A stretch of 64,000 nucleotides of DNA from Octopus sinensis (taxonomy: Eukaryota), in assembly GCF_006345805.1 (NCBI RefSeq), contig NW_021833295.1, positions 12,299-76,298 of the forward strand. Direction: 5' to 3'. The position numbers were made by a program, and so were the translations under genes. This document shows, in pieces, positions 62,055-64,000 of the stretch. A model generated the notes under the pieces. It saw only the letters and a list, made by a program, of their open reading frames with translations. It did no database searches and had not been told where the DNA came from. Every line of letters starts with the position of its first letter. Position 1 is the first letter of the stretch.

Positions 62055-62497
62055 TCACTCCAGCTCGCTGATATCCACTCTCCTTCTCTTGGAAGAAGAG
62101 TCTACTTCCAGCTGCCTCTTACTCCCCACTACCACATCTGATTCAACCATTGCATCTTCTTAGCATTCATTGGGTCGTCTTCATTTTTGCATGCCATCTC
62201 CACATACCGGTTGGAAGCAGAAGCGTATTCTTCACCAGATACCTTCATTCCGTGCTTGTGTTCGATCATCATACTCTCGAGCGTTCTTTTCAGTACAACG
62301 GATTGGATGTATGTCCTCGTTCCTGCTTCAATAGATAGTTTCTTCATATAATTTTTGAAGCATTTCGAGACAACTCCATCCCATGTCATAACCACAGGAA
62401 TTATTTTTACTTGACAGCTATACAGAAGCGAAAGCTCACTTGCCAATAGGTCATACTTGTGACACTTTTCAACCTCCACTTGCTTGAGGCGATCTTA
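62055..62497 (-). pseudogene. Severely 5'-truncated R4-like RLE retroelement copy
   Basis: DRLKQVEVEKCHKYDLLASEL..PVVMTWDGVV..YIQSVVLKRTLESM, with a frameshifted tail DSSSKRRR homologous to the 52976 copy. Confidence 0.85.
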
Positions 62498-63155
62498 GAC
62501 AACATCATATTATAACTCATATTTAAAATTCAAATGCTATGAATAATTTGAAAGCATAATTCATTTCCTGTTTTCTTGGTATGAGAAATGTTAAATAACT
62601 TTATAAACCACACGGTGGCTCCATAATTATTTAAAAGAACAGAAATAACAGAGGGTGCCGTGTGGCATCATGTTTTTAACATTTTCCAATCTCGCTTGGT
62701 TTGTGACTTTAATTTAAATAAATGAGATTTAAAATTATAAAATAATGCCATATTCATAAACGCAAACGGCTTCCAATAAACAAGTAATTAATGTATAAAT
62801 CAATATGAACAATTGATATTAAAGATCGATTATATATGTTTAATTAGATAAATATAAAAACTAGACCAGTCAAGTTCTTATTTCTTAACAAAGTATGTAT
62901 ATATATACTAACAGTACAAAAGTAGTACTGTTCCGTTTCCATGACATTGGACAATCGGCTATCGATCGGGAATGGTCGATACGCCAAAATGCAGTTTATT
63001 ACGTCAAACGCATACTCATATTGTTTATTTCTGTAGAGTATCTACGTTTCATCTCTCTATTCCACTGTGGGCTGATTTTCTTGCGGTATGACGTAATGAA
63101 GGATAATTACCGCAGACATTAACCAACGCAATAATTTTATTCCCAGTCTAGAAAA

Positions 63156-63534
63156 ATGCTTAAAAGAAAATGCAGCACAGAATCCGAAGTCAGTCTTCTT
63201 TGGTGTATTGTAGAGTTCTGCCAAAACTGCTCGAATGGAGAACATGGCAGACTACAAATATATCCCACTCAACCAAGTCCTCCCCGATTATGACACTATA
63301 ATGCACTCCAGGGATGATCACGATGGCTGTCCATTGGTTTGGTTGTGGCACTGTATTGGCTATAAGCTGGCTGTGGGGGACGGAAAAACACACGGAATAT
63401 TTCTTTCTTCCGCGTTCTTGCAATCAATTGTGGAGGAGATGGACTGCCTTCTTCCCGGTGTGCTGGAGTCCAAAAGTCGAAAACTTCAGGAATTAATTCA
63501 AAAAATAATTTCTTATAAACCCCAAGATGGTTAG
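63156..63534 (+). CDS. Hypothetical protein
   Basis: MLKRKCSTESE joined via a 25-nt GT-AG intron to ORF 63235-63534; AATAAA follows the stop; no family recognised. Confidence 0.4.
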
Positions 63535-63549
63535 GAATAAAAATAAATG

Positions 63550-64000
63550 TTAGTAGAAGACACGGAAGAAACGTCCCGAAAATCCTCGATGGACAGCATC
63601 GACATTATGAACAGCTGCCAAATCCGGTCGCAAGTCGAGCCTCAGTAATGCTCCTTTGGTTACCACAAAGAGACCAGTCGGGGAGTTCAGTCTACCGGAA
63701 TGGCGACAATTTGCAGGACGAGCACTACGAGATAAAGTCCCGAATAACCAAAGGTAGTCACCCATGACGAATTTTAGAGTTTTCATTTATGAATTCGCAA
63801 GAAACAAAAGACGGTGAGGAGTACGGAATTGACACAACTTCCCAAGAAAACAGTCTCGGACGGAGCAGGAGAGGGTCCTGTGGAGGACAGAAGGGAATAT
63901 ATGGCTCATATGCCCGCAAAATAGAAGCTCTCCAGCGAGCCAACATGGAGGATATCAAAAACATACAGGAAGCCACATCCTTCAAACCCCCGAGCGGTAT
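63550..64000 (-). CDS. 3' part of an unidentified spliced gene running off the window
   Basis: Coding-like GC content, candidate micro-introns and a stop at 63550 convergent with the previous gene; frame not resolved. Confidence 0.3.

Noticed and set aside
1-64000. Prokaryotic systems (CRISPR arrays, operonic defence systems, TnpB/Fanzor)
   Set aside because: No repeat-spacer arrays or RuvC-type ORFs seen; sequence is intron-containing eukaryotic DNA.
1-64000. Stop-codon reassignment or programmed frameshifting as the cause of broken ORFs
   Set aside because: Every break examined in conserved genes is resolved by a GT/GC-AG micro-intron, and genes end at all three standard stops.

Overview
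Eukaryotic (metazoan) genomic DNA, not prokaryotic. GC-richer gene islands alternate with AT-rich spacers full of decayed transposons. The dominant feature is that nearly every gene is broken by ultra-short spliceosomal introns (mostly 21-28 nt, GT-AG, at least one GC-AG), so the six-frame ORF track fragments, misframes or misses genes. Micro-introns, an NK2 homeobox gene and tiny intergenic distances best fit a highly reduced animal parasite, most plausibly a dicyemid (inference; not provable from this window). Genes reconstructed by manual splicing: BROX, ANAPC16-like, an atypical Rac-derived GTPase, a 2-EF-hand protein, ZIP7-like, cohesin SA/STAG, SLC25A32, an ENT transporter, NWD2-like NACHT-WD40, PTDSS2, ATG8, an AP-1-type bZIP, V-ATPase d, NK2 homeobox, FIG4, DPH1, NTHL1, OGA, RFWD3, a RING-HC protein, ABHD17 and several orphans. 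Mobile DNA: two hAT (SPIN/Buster) elements, Tc1/IS630 and pogo relics, a rearranged Merlin element, five R4-like RLE retroelement copies, several APE/RT LINE fragments and integrase relics. No rRNA, tRNA or CRISPR array was seen. Best leads: a Rac paralog with G12S/T35A/Q61K-equivalent changes, many stop-free 3n micro-introns hidden inside ORFs, a three-ended Merlin element, and a pre-miRNA-like hairpin. Gene spans and splice calls are manual, and all homology calls are by recognition, not database search.
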